DNA of 32,195 bases from a virus (lineage: Duplodnaviria > Caudoviricetes): positions 1 to 32,195 of IMG/VR virus record IMGVR_UViG_3300011335_000294. The stretch is one strand, 5' to 3'. The translations under genes were made by a program, and so were the position numbers. Under the pieces are notes generated by a model, which had not been told where the DNA came from, searched no databases, and saw nothing but the letters and a program-made list of their open reading frames with translations. Below are positions 6,841-16,470 of the stretch, in pieces; within the stretch, counting starts at the first letter, position 1, and each line of letters begins with the position of its first letter.

Positions 6841-9243
6841 ATGAACATTCCAAAACTTTCCGTCTTTAAGAGTTTATTTAATTCGAAGGAAACGCCGTAC
6901 ACGTTAACAATTCTTGATGTTTACGAACGAATTAAGAACGGTTATTCCGATCTAAATAAAAAGATTGAAAGACTTCGCGCAATGGATGAAGATTCCGAGC
7001 AACATCGAGCGTTGAAAAATTCACTATTGGCGATCATGTTCAACGGAACATTCAACGAAAGGAATGATAATGGATTGGTTGAACATTCCGGACTTTGTGT
7101 TTTAGATTTTGACGATTATCCGGATGCCGCCACAATGGATGAAGAACGGCAAAGGTTGCAAAATTGTCCGTTTGTTTATTTGGTATTCACTTCGCCAGGT
7201 GGCAAAGGTTTGAAAGTAGTTATTAAGATTCCGAAATCAACCAAGGACGAACACAAAAGAAGATTTCAAGCTTTCGAAACGTACATACAAAGTGATTATT
7301 TTGATAAAACTTCATGCAACGTTTCAAGAGTTTGTTTTGAATCATTTGATCCGGCAGCTTACATCAATGAATTTTGTCAAGAATATACCGACATCGAACA
7401 AGAAAAAGGATTCGACTTCACCGAAAAAGCGCCAACTTGTATCTTGACCGATGAAGACAAAATCATTGACCGAATAATGAAATTCGATTTCGGTTGTTCA
7501 TTTATTGAAGGATCAAGGAACGCTTATATTTTTAAGGTGGCCGCTTGTTTTTGTGAATACAACATTTCAAAAGATACGGCCGAATATTATTTGAAGGCGA
7601 ATTTTATATCCGAATCGTTCACTTTGTCCGAATTGACATTGACAATAAAAAGCGCGTACAAAAAAGCATCGCCAGGAATCAAATATTTTGAGAATGTCGA
7701 TTTGGTTCAAAAGGTTAAATTGAAATTGAAACAAGGCGTAAATTTACGCGACATTAAAAAGCAATTGAATGTTGATGAAGATGTCATCGACGATATTAAA
7801 ACAGACCTGGCGACATCCGAAGATATATTTTGGATAATTGAACAAAAAAAGACCGGCGAATCAATTACAATTGAACCGTTGAAATACGCTGAATTTTTGG
7901 TCAAGAATGGATTCAATAAGTATTATCCGGAAAATGCTGAAAAACCAACTTTCGTCCGGGTTCAAGAAAATAAAGTTAGACTTTCATCCGCCGATCAAAT
8001 AAAAGATTTTGTTCTTCAATTCTTGATGTCACGCGGTGAAATCAAAGTTTGGAACTATTGTTCAAAGTCAACTTATCTATTCAATGAAAATCATTTAAAC
8101 ATGATTGATTCAATCGGATTGAAAATGCTTCAAGATACAAAAGATGTTTCATTGATTCCATTCCGAAACGGCGTCGCAAAGGTGACAAAGAATTCGGTTG
8201 TTCTTCAATCTTATATTGATGTCGAAGGTTACATTTGGGAAAATCAAATCTTGGAACGTGACTTCATTCCAGTAGAGGAATACAAAAATGATTTTCAAGA
8301 TTTAATTTCAAAGGTATCGGCGGAAAATCCGGAACGAATAAAGGCGCTTGAATCAACGCTTGGATATTTATTGCACACGTTCAAAGATAAAACGGATCAA
8401 AAGGCAATCATTTTTAATGACCAAGAAATCGACGACAACGCAAACGGCGGTTCGGGAAAGTCATTGATGTTGACCGCCTTGTCATATATTAGAAAGATAG
8501 TAAAGATTGACGGAAAAGCTTTCAATTCAAAAGGTGACTTCGTTTATCAACGCGTAAATTTGGACACGCAAGTTTTGGCATTCGACGACGTTAAAAAGAA
8601 CTTTGATTTCGAACAATTGTTTTCATTGATTTCCGAAGGAATCACCGTCAACCGAAAAAACAAAGATGAAATCTTCATTCCATTTGAAAGGTCGCCGAAA
8701 ATTATAATTACAACGAATTATGTTATTGCCGGCGCTGGATCAAGTCACGACCGAAGACGGCATGAATTGGAATTCTTTCAATACTTTAACGCGAAAAAAT
8801 CACCGCTTGAACTTTACGGCCGATTATTGTTTGATTCATGGTCGGTTGATGACTGGTCAAAATTTGACAATTACATGATCCGGAATCTTCAAATGTTTTT
8901 GAAGAATGGATTGACTTCATCCATTTCAATCAATGCCGATTCGAAAAGATTTATCCAGGCGACAAGCAAAGATTTCTTTGACTTCGTAAACGACGGACAT
9001 ATCGAATCAAATATTTTACATTTTAACAACGCTTCAATCCAACAATTCCAACAAGAAACTAACGGTTGGAAAGACCTTGAATCGCGAAGATATTTGAAAT
9101 GGATTTCGGAATACGCGAAGTTTAAAAAATTAGATTTAAGAAAAGATCGCGATCATCGCGGCCGATATTTTGAATTAACTGAATACAAATCGGTCACAAA
9201 TGAAGGTGATATTTGGGACGAACTAAACAAACAAGCAAAATGA
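6841..9243 (+). CDS. Primase-helicase (BT4734/VirE-N-type primase, PriCT, SF3/D5-like helicase)
   Basis: HSGLCVLDFD, FTSPGGKGLK, SRVCFESFDP; EGSRN PriCT; Walker A GGSGKS, Walker B LAFDD, motif C ITTN. Confidence 0.88.
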   Translation: MNIPKLSVFKSLFNSKETPYTLTILDVYERIKNGYSDLNKKIERLRAMDEDSEQHRALKNSLLAIMFNGTFNERNDNGLVEHSGLCVLDFDDYPDAATMDEERQRLQNCPFVYLVFTSPGGKGLKVVIKIPKSTKDEHKRRFQAFETYIQSDYFDKTSCNVSRVCFESFDPAAYINEFCQEYTDIEQEKGFDFTEKAPTCILTDEDKIIDRIMKFDFGCSFIEGSRNAYIFKVAACFCEYNISKDTAEYYLKANFISESFTLSELTLTIKSAYKKASPGIKYFENVDLVQKVKLKLKQGVNLRDIKKQLNVDEDVIDDIKTDLATSEDIFWIIEQKKTGESITIEPLKYAEFLVKNGFNKYYPENAEKPTFVRVQENKVRLSSADQIKDFVLQFLMSRGEIKVWNYCSKSTYLFNENHLNMIDSIGLKMLQDTKDVSLIPFRNGVAKVTKNSVVLQSYIDVEGYIWENQILERDFIPVEEYKNDFQDLISKVSAENPERIKALESTLGYLLHTFKDKTDQKAIIFNDQEIDDNANGGSGKSLMLTALSYIRKIVKIDGKAFNSKGDFVYQRVNLDTQVLAFDDVKKNFDFEQLFSLISEGITVNRKNKDEIFIPFERSPKIIITTNYVIAGAGSSHDRRRHELEFFQYFNAKKSPLELYGRLLFDSWSVDDWSKFDNYMIRNLQMFLKNGLTSSISINADSKRFIQATSKDFFDFVNDGHIESNILHFNNASIQQFQQETNGWKDLESRRYLKWISEYAKFKKLDLRKDRDHRGRYFELTEYKSVTNEGDIWDELNKQAK

Positions 9244-9710
9244 TAAAACTACAAATTACACCAGAACAAATTAAACGAGCGGAGAAATTATATCTTTTCA
9301 ATATTTTGAAAAATTCAATCAAAGAAGGCGAAGGGAATTTGCTTGGCGCGATTGGCGAAATTGTCGCCTTTGATTACTACCAAGAACAAGACAAGCTTGT
9401 CATTCATTCCGGCGATTTCAATTTTGACTTGTTGATTGACGGTTCAAAGATTGAAGTCAAAACATCGGAATGTAATGTCTTACCAAAAGATTATCATTCA
9501 TGTAATGTTTCGTTATTTAACGCCGAACAAGATTGTGACTATTATTTATTTGTCGATGTTAATTCAAGTCATTCAACGGCATATATTAAAGGTTATGTTT
9601 CAAAGGAACGATTTAAAAAGATTCGCCAATTAAGATTGAAAGGTGAAAAGAATCGAAGCTTCGAATATAAATGCGACACCTTTGTTGTTCTTAACAATCA
9701 ATTATCATGA
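9240..9710 (+). CDS. PD-(D/E)xK nuclease-like protein
   Basis: GAIGE...FDLLIDGSKIEVKT; ATG9240 overlaps the primase stop. Confidence 0.55.
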   Translation: MIKLQITPEQIKRAEKLYLFNILKNSIKEGEGNLLGAIGEIVAFDYYQEQDKLVIHSGDFNFDLLIDGSKIEVKTSECNVLPKDYHSCNVSLFNAEQDCDYYLFVDVNSSHSTAYIKGYVSKERFKKIRQLRLKGEKNRSFEYKCDTFVVLNNQLS

Positions 9711-10165
9711 ACAAAGAAAGTAAAAAAAGATTGAAAGACATTGAATTCAAATATATGTCTTATCGTTATCCGTCCGCACCTGGTCACATCATTCCATTAA
9801 CCGCGTACACCGACAAGACGGCAAACGGATTGACAAAATGTATTTGTGACTTCCTTAATTTCGACGGATTCCAGGCGGAACGAATCAACACAATGGGCGT
9901 ATTTCGAAGGTCAAGACGAACCGACGGCACGATGACCGAAGGACAATGGACGAAAGGAACTGGAACACCGGGCAGCGCCGATATTTCGGCGACAATTTAC
10001 GGACGTTCGGTAAAGATTGAAGTCAAGATCGGAAAGGATCGCCAATCCGAAGCGCAAAAGAATTATCAAGAAATGATTGAACGATCCGGCGGAACATATA
10101 CAATCGCCAAAGATTTCGATTCATTCTTGGAATGGTTGGACAAATTTTGTCTTGACAAGAAATGA
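9707..10165 (+). CDS. VRR-NUC / Holliday junction resolvase-like nuclease
   Basis: GSADI...KIEVKIGKDRQSEAQ...GGTY motif. Confidence 0.8.
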   Translation: MNKESKKRLKDIEFKYMSYRYPSAPGHIIPLTAYTDKTANGLTKCICDFLNFDGFQAERINTMGVFRRSRRTDGTMTEGQWTKGTGTPGSADISATIYGRSVKIEVKIGKDRQSEAQKNYQEMIERSGGTYTIAKDFDSFLEWLDKFCLDKK

Positions 10166-10169
10166 CATC

Positions 10170-10208
10170 CTTCGCCAAAACTGAAAAATAAAAAGACATT
10201 TGGCGAAG
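10170..10208. repeat. Perfect 10-bp inverted repeat with 19-nt spacer
   Basis: CTTCGCCAAA (10170-10179) and TTTGGCGAAG (10199-10208), intergenic. Confidence 0.75.
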
Positions 10209-10252
10209 TATAACACTAAAATATAATTAACGTACAACCTTAAAATATAGAA

Positions 10253-10471
10253 ATGAAAGCAACAATCGAATACAACTTACCAGATGATCAATTTGAATTT
10301 GACAACGCAGTCAAATCGAATAAAATGTGGCACGCCTTGACCGAAGTTAAAGATGAACTTCGAAGGATTTGGAAATACGAAGACTTGAAAGAAAACCAAT
10401 ATGAAATGGTCGAAAGGATTCGAGAAAAGTTTTTTGAAATTTTACAAGAAAATGAAATTAATCTTGACTAA
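10253..10471 (+). CDS. Hypothetical phage protein
   Basis: MKATIEYNLPDD... 72-aa ORF with an A-rich leader. Confidence 0.75.
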   Translation: MKATIEYNLPDDQFEFDNAVKSNKMWHALTEVKDELRRIWKYEDLKENQYEMVERIREKFFEILQENEINLD

Positions 10472-10473
10472 AA

Positions 10474-10504
10474 ATTGTATTAATGAAATAATTGACTATC
10501 TTTG
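10474..10504 (+). promoter_or_regulatory. Bacteroidota promoter for the recombination module
   Basis: ATTG (10474-10477), 19 nt, TATCTTTG (10497-10504). Confidence 0.7.
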
Positions 10505-10529
10505 ATAAAATTAAACTAAACAAATAATT

Positions 10530-11075
10530 ATGGATGCAAAACAAACGGCGGTGAAAACACCGGCAAAACCAATCAAACCGATTGGCATTTACGCGCGATT
10601 ACATTGCGCAAAGCAATCAATTGGAAAGGTCGCAAAGAACGCGACGAATCCACATTTTAAAAAGAATTATTCCGACATCAATGCTTTGCTTGAAACGGTT
10701 GAACCAGTTCTTTGGGAAAATGGCCTTGTCTTATTACAACCAATCAAGGACGATGTTGTCATGACACAAATCGTCGACATCGAAACTGGTGAAATGGTTG
10801 AATCGTGGATGAGGTTGCCAATGATTACCGATCCGCAAAAGATACTTTCGGCGATTACTTATTTTCGTCGTGGAACGCTTCAATCAATGCTTGCTTTACA
10901 ATCTATTGATGACGACGGACAAACGGCAGCAGCAGCGCCGAAAACGAAACCGGCGATTACTACGGAACGATTTGAAAAAGCTTTGCTTGCAATATCGAAA
11001 AAAGAATTCACCGTTGAACAATTGAAGTCAACTTATTTATTGACGGATGTTCAACTTAAAGCAATTGACTTATGA
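10530..11075 (+). CDS. ERF-family single-strand annealing protein
   Basis: KNATNPHFKKNYSDI, PQKILSAITYFRR, DDDG motifs. Confidence 0.85.
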   Translation: MDAKQTAVKTPAKPIKPIGIYARLHCAKQSIGKVAKNATNPHFKKNYSDINALLETVEPVLWENGLVLLQPIKDDVVMTQIVDIETGEMVESWMRLPMITDPQKILSAITYFRRGTLQSMLALQSIDDDGQTAAAAPKTKPAITTERFEKALLAISKKEFTVEQLKSTYLLTDVQLKAIDL

Positions 11076-11692
11076 AATGGCATCCTTCGTCATTGGGAAA
11101 GTTGATGACTTCACCAAAGAATAAAACCGATAATTTAAGTCAAGGCGCAAAAACATATATTCGCCAGGTTGCGAAACAAGATTTCTTCGGTTACCGGGTT
11201 GAACTTGACAACAAGTATATTAACAAGGGAAAAGACCAGGAACAAGATTCAATTGATTTGCTAAATGCCGTTCGGTTCACTAATTATAAAAAGAACGAAA
11301 TTCGGATTGAAGACGAATACATGACCGGCGAATGTGACATCTTAGCCGACGATCGTGTCATCGACATCAAAACATCTTGGAATCTTGAAACTTGGCCGGC
11401 AACACCTGGCGAAGCGCACGACAACGAATATGAATGGCAAGGTCGCGCTTATCTAATGTTATATGAACGCGAGATCTTCGAACTTGTTTTTTGTATGGTC
11501 ACAACGAAAGACGAGTTCTTGAACCAGTGGGAACAAATCGACCTTCATCGCGTTGATCACATTGCACCGGAAAAAAGAATCACTTCGGTAATTTACGAAC
11601 GTGACCTTGAAAAAGAAATATTGATTCGGGAAAAACTAATCTTTGCAAATGAATACTATTCACAATATATAAACCAACTAAATTCAAAATAA
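11072..11692 (+). CDS. YqaJ / lambda-type exonuclease
   Basis: PSSLGKLM, G..QE, GECD, IDIKTSW, YEWQ..AY; paired with ERF. Confidence 0.8.
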   Translation: MKWHPSSLGKLMTSPKNKTDNLSQGAKTYIRQVAKQDFFGYRVELDNKYINKGKDQEQDSIDLLNAVRFTNYKKNEIRIEDEYMTGECDILADDRVIDIKTSWNLETWPATPGEAHDNEYEWQGRAYLMLYEREIFELVFCMVTTKDEFLNQWEQIDLHRVDHIAPEKRITSVIYERDLEKEILIREKLIFANEYYSQYINQLNSK

Positions 11693-11791
11693 ATGCTAAC
11701 AATTATCTATGTTATTTTAATGATTCCGGCAATGGTTGTCGGTTGGCTCGCAGTCGGCTATTGGCTGCATGATTACTTAAAAAATAAATAA
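11693..11791 (+). CDS. Small single-TM protein (32 aa)
   Basis: MLTIIYVILMIPAMVVGWLAVGYWLHDYLKNK; exactly fills the gap, TAATG overlap with the next gene. Confidence 0.6.
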   Translation: MLTIIYVILMIPAMVVGWLAVGYWLHDYLKNK

Positions 11792-12105
11792 TGAATTACA
11801 CTATTGAAGGAAAAGTGGTGGTTGTCACCGAAACAACACAAATCACCGAGAAATTCGCAAAGCGCGAAATCGTAATCGAAACCGATGACAAATATCCACA
11901 ACAAGTCATGTTGGAATTTAGCCAGGACAAATGTCAATTACTGGATGAATGCAAAGTTGGTGACCAGGTTCAAATCGGATTCAACATTCGTGGCCGGGAA
12001 TGGAACGGAAAGTATTTCACGCGCCTTGAAGGTTGGAATATAAAGATTGATCAATCAACTAAAAACGAACCGCTTCATGAAATCAATGACGATCTACCTT
12101 TCTAA
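11791..12105 (+). CDS. DUF3127-type single-stranded DNA-binding protein
   Basis: KREIVIET..KYPQ, FNIRGREWNGKYF, acidic DDLPF C-terminus. Confidence 0.85.
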   Translation: MNYTIEGKVVVVTETTQITEKFAKREIVIETDDKYPQQVMLEFSQDKCQLLDECKVGDQVQIGFNIRGREWNGKYFTRLEGWNIKIDQSTKNEPLHEINDDLPF

Positions 12106-12286
12106 TGGTGAAACCTTAATGGATTTCATGTTGAAGATGACAAAGGACAAAATATCCAAGCGATATAAAATGAAACATTTGGCCGAAGACATTGGCGTTT
12201 CGTATGCAATGCTTCATCGATTTCTAAATAAAAAACCGGTCGGACAAATCTTTTTTGTAAAATGGTTCGAATTTTTTATAATTTAG
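12077..12286 (+). CDS. Small XRE/Cro-like HTH protein
   Basis: KHLAEDIGVSYAMLHRFLN; start codon uncertain. Confidence 0.65.
   Translation: MKSMTIYLSNGETLMDFMLKMTKDKISKRYKMKHLAEDIGVSYAMLHRFLNKKPVGQIFFVKWFEFFII
12254..12286 (+). promoter_or_regulatory. Probable promoter giving a leaderless mRNA for the sigma-like gene
   Basis: TTTG 12254-12257, 21 nt, TAATTTAG 12279-12286, 4 nt, then ATG12291. Confidence 0.5.
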
Positions 12287-12290
12287 CTGA

Positions 12291-12770
12291 ATGTTTTGGG
12301 ACAAGGACGCTTATGCAATTGCTAAAAAGTTGACTAATAATCACGAATTGCATCGCGACCTTGTTTCTTTCGTGTTTATCTTATTGCATAAATATGAACT
12401 TGAATCAAATGTATTGCCGAAGATGTTTGCGCGGTTCGCTTGGAATCAATGGAATTGGAAAGAATCCGCCTTCAATAAAGAAATGCGCTTTCCTTCAAAT
12501 GAACTTGGCGAAATCATTCAAGATGAATCCGAAGACGTTCCGAACAAATATCAAAATTTAATTAATACCTTTTTATCAACCAGGCCGAAGGACGATCAAG
12601 AATTGTTCATTAAAGAAGTTACGAAAATGCACCTTTACGGAATGACTTATCGTGAAATTCGCGACAATACCGGAATATGCTTGGACACTATTCACAAAAC
12701 AATTAAAAAATTTAAGTATGATTTATATAATTATAGCGGTGGCGATTGCGAGGTCGTTGCAAACCTTTGA
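12291..12770 (+). CDS. Sigma70/ECF-like transcription factor, probable late-gene activator
   Basis: Region-2-like DLVSFVFIIL and region-4 HTH GMTYREIRDNTGICLDTIHKTIKK; sits at the early/late boundary. Confidence 0.65.
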   Translation: MFWDKDAYAIAKKLTNNHELHRDLVSFVFILLHKYELESNVLPKMFARFAWNQWNWKESAFNKEMRFPSNELGEIIQDESEDVPNKYQNLINTFLSTRPKDDQELFIKEVTKMHLYGMTYREIRDNTGICLDTIHKTIKKFKYDLYNYSGGDCEVVANL

Positions 12771-12921
12771 ACTACCGAACATTAAACCGTTCAATTGTTT
12801 ATCTTGTCTTTCCTTTTGGACGGCGGTTGGAATATATTCATTCGTTGATTATCGAATGATTCCAATGGCGTTCGTTTCTTATTTATTATCCGATTTAATT
12901 TTGATTTATGAAAGTAAGTAA
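12718..12921 (+). CDS. Small membrane protein with CxxC (DUF1360-like)
   Basis: KPFNCLSCLSFW flanked by hydrophobic segments. Confidence 0.6.
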   Translation: MIYIIIAVAIARSLQTFELPNIKPFNCLSCLSFWTAVGIYSFVDYRMIPMAFVSYLLSDLILIYESK

Positions 12922-13267
12922 CGGACTATTATACCAGGCGAATCAATTTTCAAGGACGCGTTCATTTAGCTTGAACATGGAATTGAAGAATGAATTGGCG
13001 AAAATATATCATGAACTTGGTCATGGCGTATTGAATAAAAATTGCGGAACTTGCGTTCGGATTGCAATGGATCGCTTGAATCATGAATTGTTGCGCGGTG
13101 ACTTGCCGGCGCTTTGTCAAAATATCGATGTCAAACCAACGGTTCATTTCATCGGCGTAAAACAAAAGACATTCAACGAGCTGCGAAGCGAAGCGAAGGA
13201 AAAAGGATTCAAGGCGACAAGGACAACAACACGCGAAGAAATCGAAACATTCTTGAAAAATGATTGA
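12908..13267 (+). CDS. Hypothetical protein with CxxC and C-terminal HeH/Rho-N-like motif
   Basis: NCGTCV; TFNELRSEAKEKGF...TREEI. Confidence 0.6.
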   Translation: MKVSNGLLYQANQFSRTRSFSLNMELKNELAKIYHELGHGVLNKNCGTCVRIAMDRLNHELLRGDLPALCQNIDVKPTVHFIGVKQKTFNELRSEAKEKGFKATRTTTREEIETFLKND

Positions 13268-14009
13268 AGCGACAATTGCGATGCCAGTCTATAAGGCCGA
13301 TAAGATTGCTTTCTTGGCAATGGAATCATTGTGCAATCAAAAGACTTCAATCAAATGGGAATTGATAATCGCCGAAGAAATACATTCCCAACAATTGGGA
13401 ATCGAATTCATCGGGCAATATGCCGAACGCCTGAACGATGCCGGTTGCGAATCAATTAAATATCTTGAATATAAAGAATGGATATCACTTCCGAAGAAAT
13501 GGAAAGACATCGGACAACACGCCGATAAAGATTCAAAGGTTTTTCTTTTGCAAGCGGTGGATTGTTATTCGGCTGCGGATCGGATTGCCGAAGCTTTCAA
13601 TTGTATTGTGAACCGGAACTTTGATTGGCTTGATTATCAAAACGGATTCTTTTATAATCTGGTCACTGGGCAAATGATTCAATATGCAGCAAGATCAAGA
13701 ACTAATCTTGACATGGCATTCAAAACGAAATACGCCAGGACAATTCCGGATTCGGCGCTTCGAAAAGGAATCGACGGATTCTTATTCACACACGTTTCAA
13801 AGCAAGCGAAGATTGTCAAACAATTATCGATATCGAAACCGGCGAAATTAGATTCATTCGACACCGACGGCGAAAACAACATTTCAATTAAACGAACATC
13901 GTTTTATTCAAACGTTCGTCATCCGTTTATTCGAACGGCAATAAGACTTGAAGACCTTGACATTGCTGATAATATAAAAGATAAATTGTTGGAATTACGA
14001 ACAAGATAA
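13260..14009 (+). CDS. Glycosyltransferase family 2-like (GT-A fold)
   Basis: TIAMPVYK...MESLCNQ...WELIIAEE N-terminal GT2 signature; LQAVDCYS at the DxD position. Confidence 0.7.
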   Translation: MIEATIAMPVYKADKIAFLAMESLCNQKTSIKWELIIAEEIHSQQLGIEFIGQYAERLNDAGCESIKYLEYKEWISLPKKWKDIGQHADKDSKVFLLQAVDCYSAADRIAEAFNCIVNRNFDWLDYQNGFFYNLVTGQMIQYAARSRTNLDMAFKTKYARTIPDSALRKGIDGFLFTHVSKQAKIVKQLSISKPAKLDSFDTDGENNISIKRTSFYSNVRHPFIRTAIRLEDLDIADNIKDKLLELRTR

Positions 14010-14015
14010 TATAAT
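13999..14015 (+). promoter_or_regulatory. Putative late promoter motif before terS
   Basis: GAACAA-gata-ATATAAT. Confidence 0.5.
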
Positions 14016-14027
14016 AAATGAAAAGCT

Positions 14028-14426
14028 ATGGCATATAGTAAAGAATATATAAAGAATCTTGAACTTTGGTCAATAGAATATATTGAAGAATGTTCGTCGC
14101 ATAAAAAAGAAACGCTTTCAAACAAAGGTGAAATCATTATGGTAATGGATCGCCATATACCAACTATTGATTATTTTTTAAGGATATGGATTCCAATCAT
14201 TCGAAAGGAAAAAGGAATCGTTCCTTCGACTTGGTATGAATGGTTGAATTGTGAGGACAAACTAAAATCGGAAACTATAAAAAAGATTGACGAGCTTTTC
14301 AAGGGACTTGCATCCGACATCGTCGCCAATGAAGGGAAAGGAATTTTCTACGCAAAGAACCGTTTGGGAATGCATGACCGCCAACAAATCGAAACGCGAA
14401 CGGTTGACAAGTTCGACTTTGAATGA
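14028..14426 (+). CDS. terS: Terminase small subunit
   Basis: PTI..F, STWYEW, IFYAKNRLG motifs; directly upstream of terL. Confidence 0.75.
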   Translation: MAYSKEYIKNLELWSIEYIEECSSHKKETLSNKGEIIMVMDRHIPTIDYFLRIWIPIIRKEKGIVPSTWYEWLNCEDKLKSETIKKIDELFKGLASDIVANEGKGIFYAKNRLGMHDRQQIETRTVDKFDFE

Positions 14427-15625
14427 CGTTAATCAAAGGTTATAAACCGCACGACAACCAGCGCGCAATTCATTCCGCCATTAATTCGGGAACGGAAAAG
14501 TATTTCGCTTTGAATATCGGTCGCCAGTTTGGAAAGACATTGCTTGGCATCAACCAATTATTGTATTGGTCAATCAACGATCCTGGTTGCAAAATTGCTT
14601 GGATAACGCCAGTATATAAGCAAGGGAAAAAAGTATTCGCCGAATTAGAAAAGGCGGTAGCAAAGTCCGGGTTGTTCGAATTCAATAAGTCCGATCTTCG
14701 GATCACCGGGTTCGGTTCATCGATTGAATTCTTTTCCGGTGAACGACCGGATAACATTCGAGGAAATACTTTCGATTACATGGTCATCGACGAAATGGCG
14801 TTCACACGTCCGGAGCTTTGGGACGAAGTATTATCGGCAACCGTTATGGTCAAGGGAAAGAAGATTATCTTTATTTCAACACCGAAGGGAAAGAATCACT
14901 TTCATCGATTGTGTATGCAGCCGAACTACGATGAAAGGTATCGTTACATCCATTACACGTCTTATGACAATCCAATGATTGACGCCAGGGAATTGGACGA
15001 ACGCAAGCGGTCATTGCCGGATCATATATTCCGACAAGAATACATGGCTGAATTCCTTGACAACGCATCCGGCTTGTTTCGGAATGTCAAGGATTGCATT
15101 GGAACGGCGAACAAGACAAATCGCAACTATGCCGGACTTGACATCGGACGTGCGGATGACTACACGGTTTTAACTATCTTGAACGACAAAGGACAAATGA
15201 TTCACGTTCAAAGGTGGCGTCACGATGAATGGTCAAAGATAATCGATAAGGTGGCCGAAGTCATCCGTCAATATCAAGCGGTTACATTGGTCGAAGTCAA
15301 CAATCAAGGTGACGTCTTCTTTGAAATGCTGCGGTCGTCTTGTCGCAACCTGGTCAATCCATTTACAACGACAAGCAAATCGAAGCCGGTAATCATTGAA
15401 GACCTGGCGATGTCATTCGAACAAAAGTCAATATCGATAATTAATGAAACATGGTTGGTTGATGAATTGGAAAGTTTTACTTACATTTACAACGTGAACA
15501 CGAGGAACGTACAATATAGCGCACCGAGCGGAATGCACGACGACGGAGTGATTTCATTGGCGCTTGCCGTTCATTGCTTGAAGAACTTTAAACGAAAAGG
15601 AATATATCATGCAATCCGGACTTAA
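14423..15625 (+). CDS. terL: Terminase large subunit
   Basis: Walker A GRQFGKT, Walker B VIDE, ISTPKG, nuclease GLDIG and HDD. Confidence 0.95.
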   Translation: MTLIKGYKPHDNQRAIHSAINSGTEKYFALNIGRQFGKTLLGINQLLYWSINDPGCKIAWITPVYKQGKKVFAELEKAVAKSGLFEFNKSDLRITGFGSSIEFFSGERPDNIRGNTFDYMVIDEMAFTRPELWDEVLSATVMVKGKKIIFISTPKGKNHFHRLCMQPNYDERYRYIHYTSYDNPMIDARELDERKRSLPDHIFRQEYMAEFLDNASGLFRNVKDCIGTANKTNRNYAGLDIGRADDYTVLTILNDKGQMIHVQRWRHDEWSKIIDKVAEVIRQYQAVTLVEVNNQGDVFFEMLRSSCRNLVNPFTTTSKSKPVIIEDLAMSFEQKSISIINETWLVDELESFTYIYNVNTRNVQYSAPSGMHDDGVISLALAVHCLKNFKRKGIYHAIRT

Positions 15626-15797
15626 TTACAAACGAATGGTTGTGCAACAATTCATCAAGGACAAGACCGGACGAAATGTATTAATAGTTTTTAATAAACC
15701 AAACGAAATGGAACGACATGTCTTCATGTTGGAACATGCTTATCAAATCGCAAAGGAACACTATGATAAAATTAAACTTACCAAGGACAATAAATGA
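15609..15797 (+). CDS. Hypothetical protein
   Basis: 62-aa ORF bridging terL and the chaperone gene. Confidence 0.55.
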   Translation: MQSGLNYKRMVVQQFIKDKTGRNVLIVFNKPNEMERHVFMLEHAYQIAKEHYDKIKLTKDNK

Positions 15798-16470
15798 ATG
15801 CCGGCCGGATCAGTTGACTAAATGGATAATGCTGGCCGATGCAATGAAGGAACGCAAGGACGATGAATGGCTTGGAATGATTGAATTCCAATGTCAACTT
15901 CTTTCAATCTTTTCAGGCGTTTCGATTAACAACATTAAGAAGGGAAACATCGACGACGTTCAACAAGCTTCGAGTCAATTGCTTTCCATGTTGGCGGAAT
16001 ACAAATCAAGCGATCCGGTTGGGTTGGTTGAAATCGAAGGAAAGAAGTTTTATTTTTACAAGGACTTTCGTTTTATCACGACCGGTCAAATCATTGACTT
16101 GAAATTGATTGAAGACATTGCGTCCGATCCATGCAAGGCGGTCGCCATTTGTTATATCGAAGAAGACATGGACTATTGTCACGAAGATTCGAAAGGACGA
16201 ATCATGAATCCGACGGACGTCCGGTATAAATTATTCAAGCAACATTTTCCAGGCGATGAATTCTTAAATTTCTTCGGTTTTTTTTTGCGCGAATACGAGA
16301 AGCGGAATCTCGCTATATTGGCGATTCAACAATTGAGGACGATGAAGATGCAATTGGAAATGGATCAACAATTACGAATAGCGAATGGTTCACTTGGACA
16401 ACTATCCTTCATCGATTATCAAAAGAGATGGGACAAGACGTGGAAAAAATTACATCGCAACCTTATGTAA
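15763..16470 (+). CDS. Putative tail assembly chaperone (non-shifted product)
   Basis: ATG15763; contains the slippery run GGT TTT TTT TTG at 16276-16287. Confidence 0.65.
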   Translation: MIKLNLPRTINECRPDQLTKWIMLADAMKERKDDEWLGMIEFQCQLLSIFSGVSINNIKKGNIDDVQQASSQLLSMLAEYKSSDPVGLVEIEGKKFYFYKDFRFITTGQIIDLKLIEDIASDPCKAVAICYIEEDMDYCHEDSKGRIMNPTDVRYKLFKQHFPGDEFLNFFGFFLREYEKRNLAILAIQQLRTMKMQLEMDQQLRIANGSLGQLSFIDYQKRWDKTWKKLHRNLM

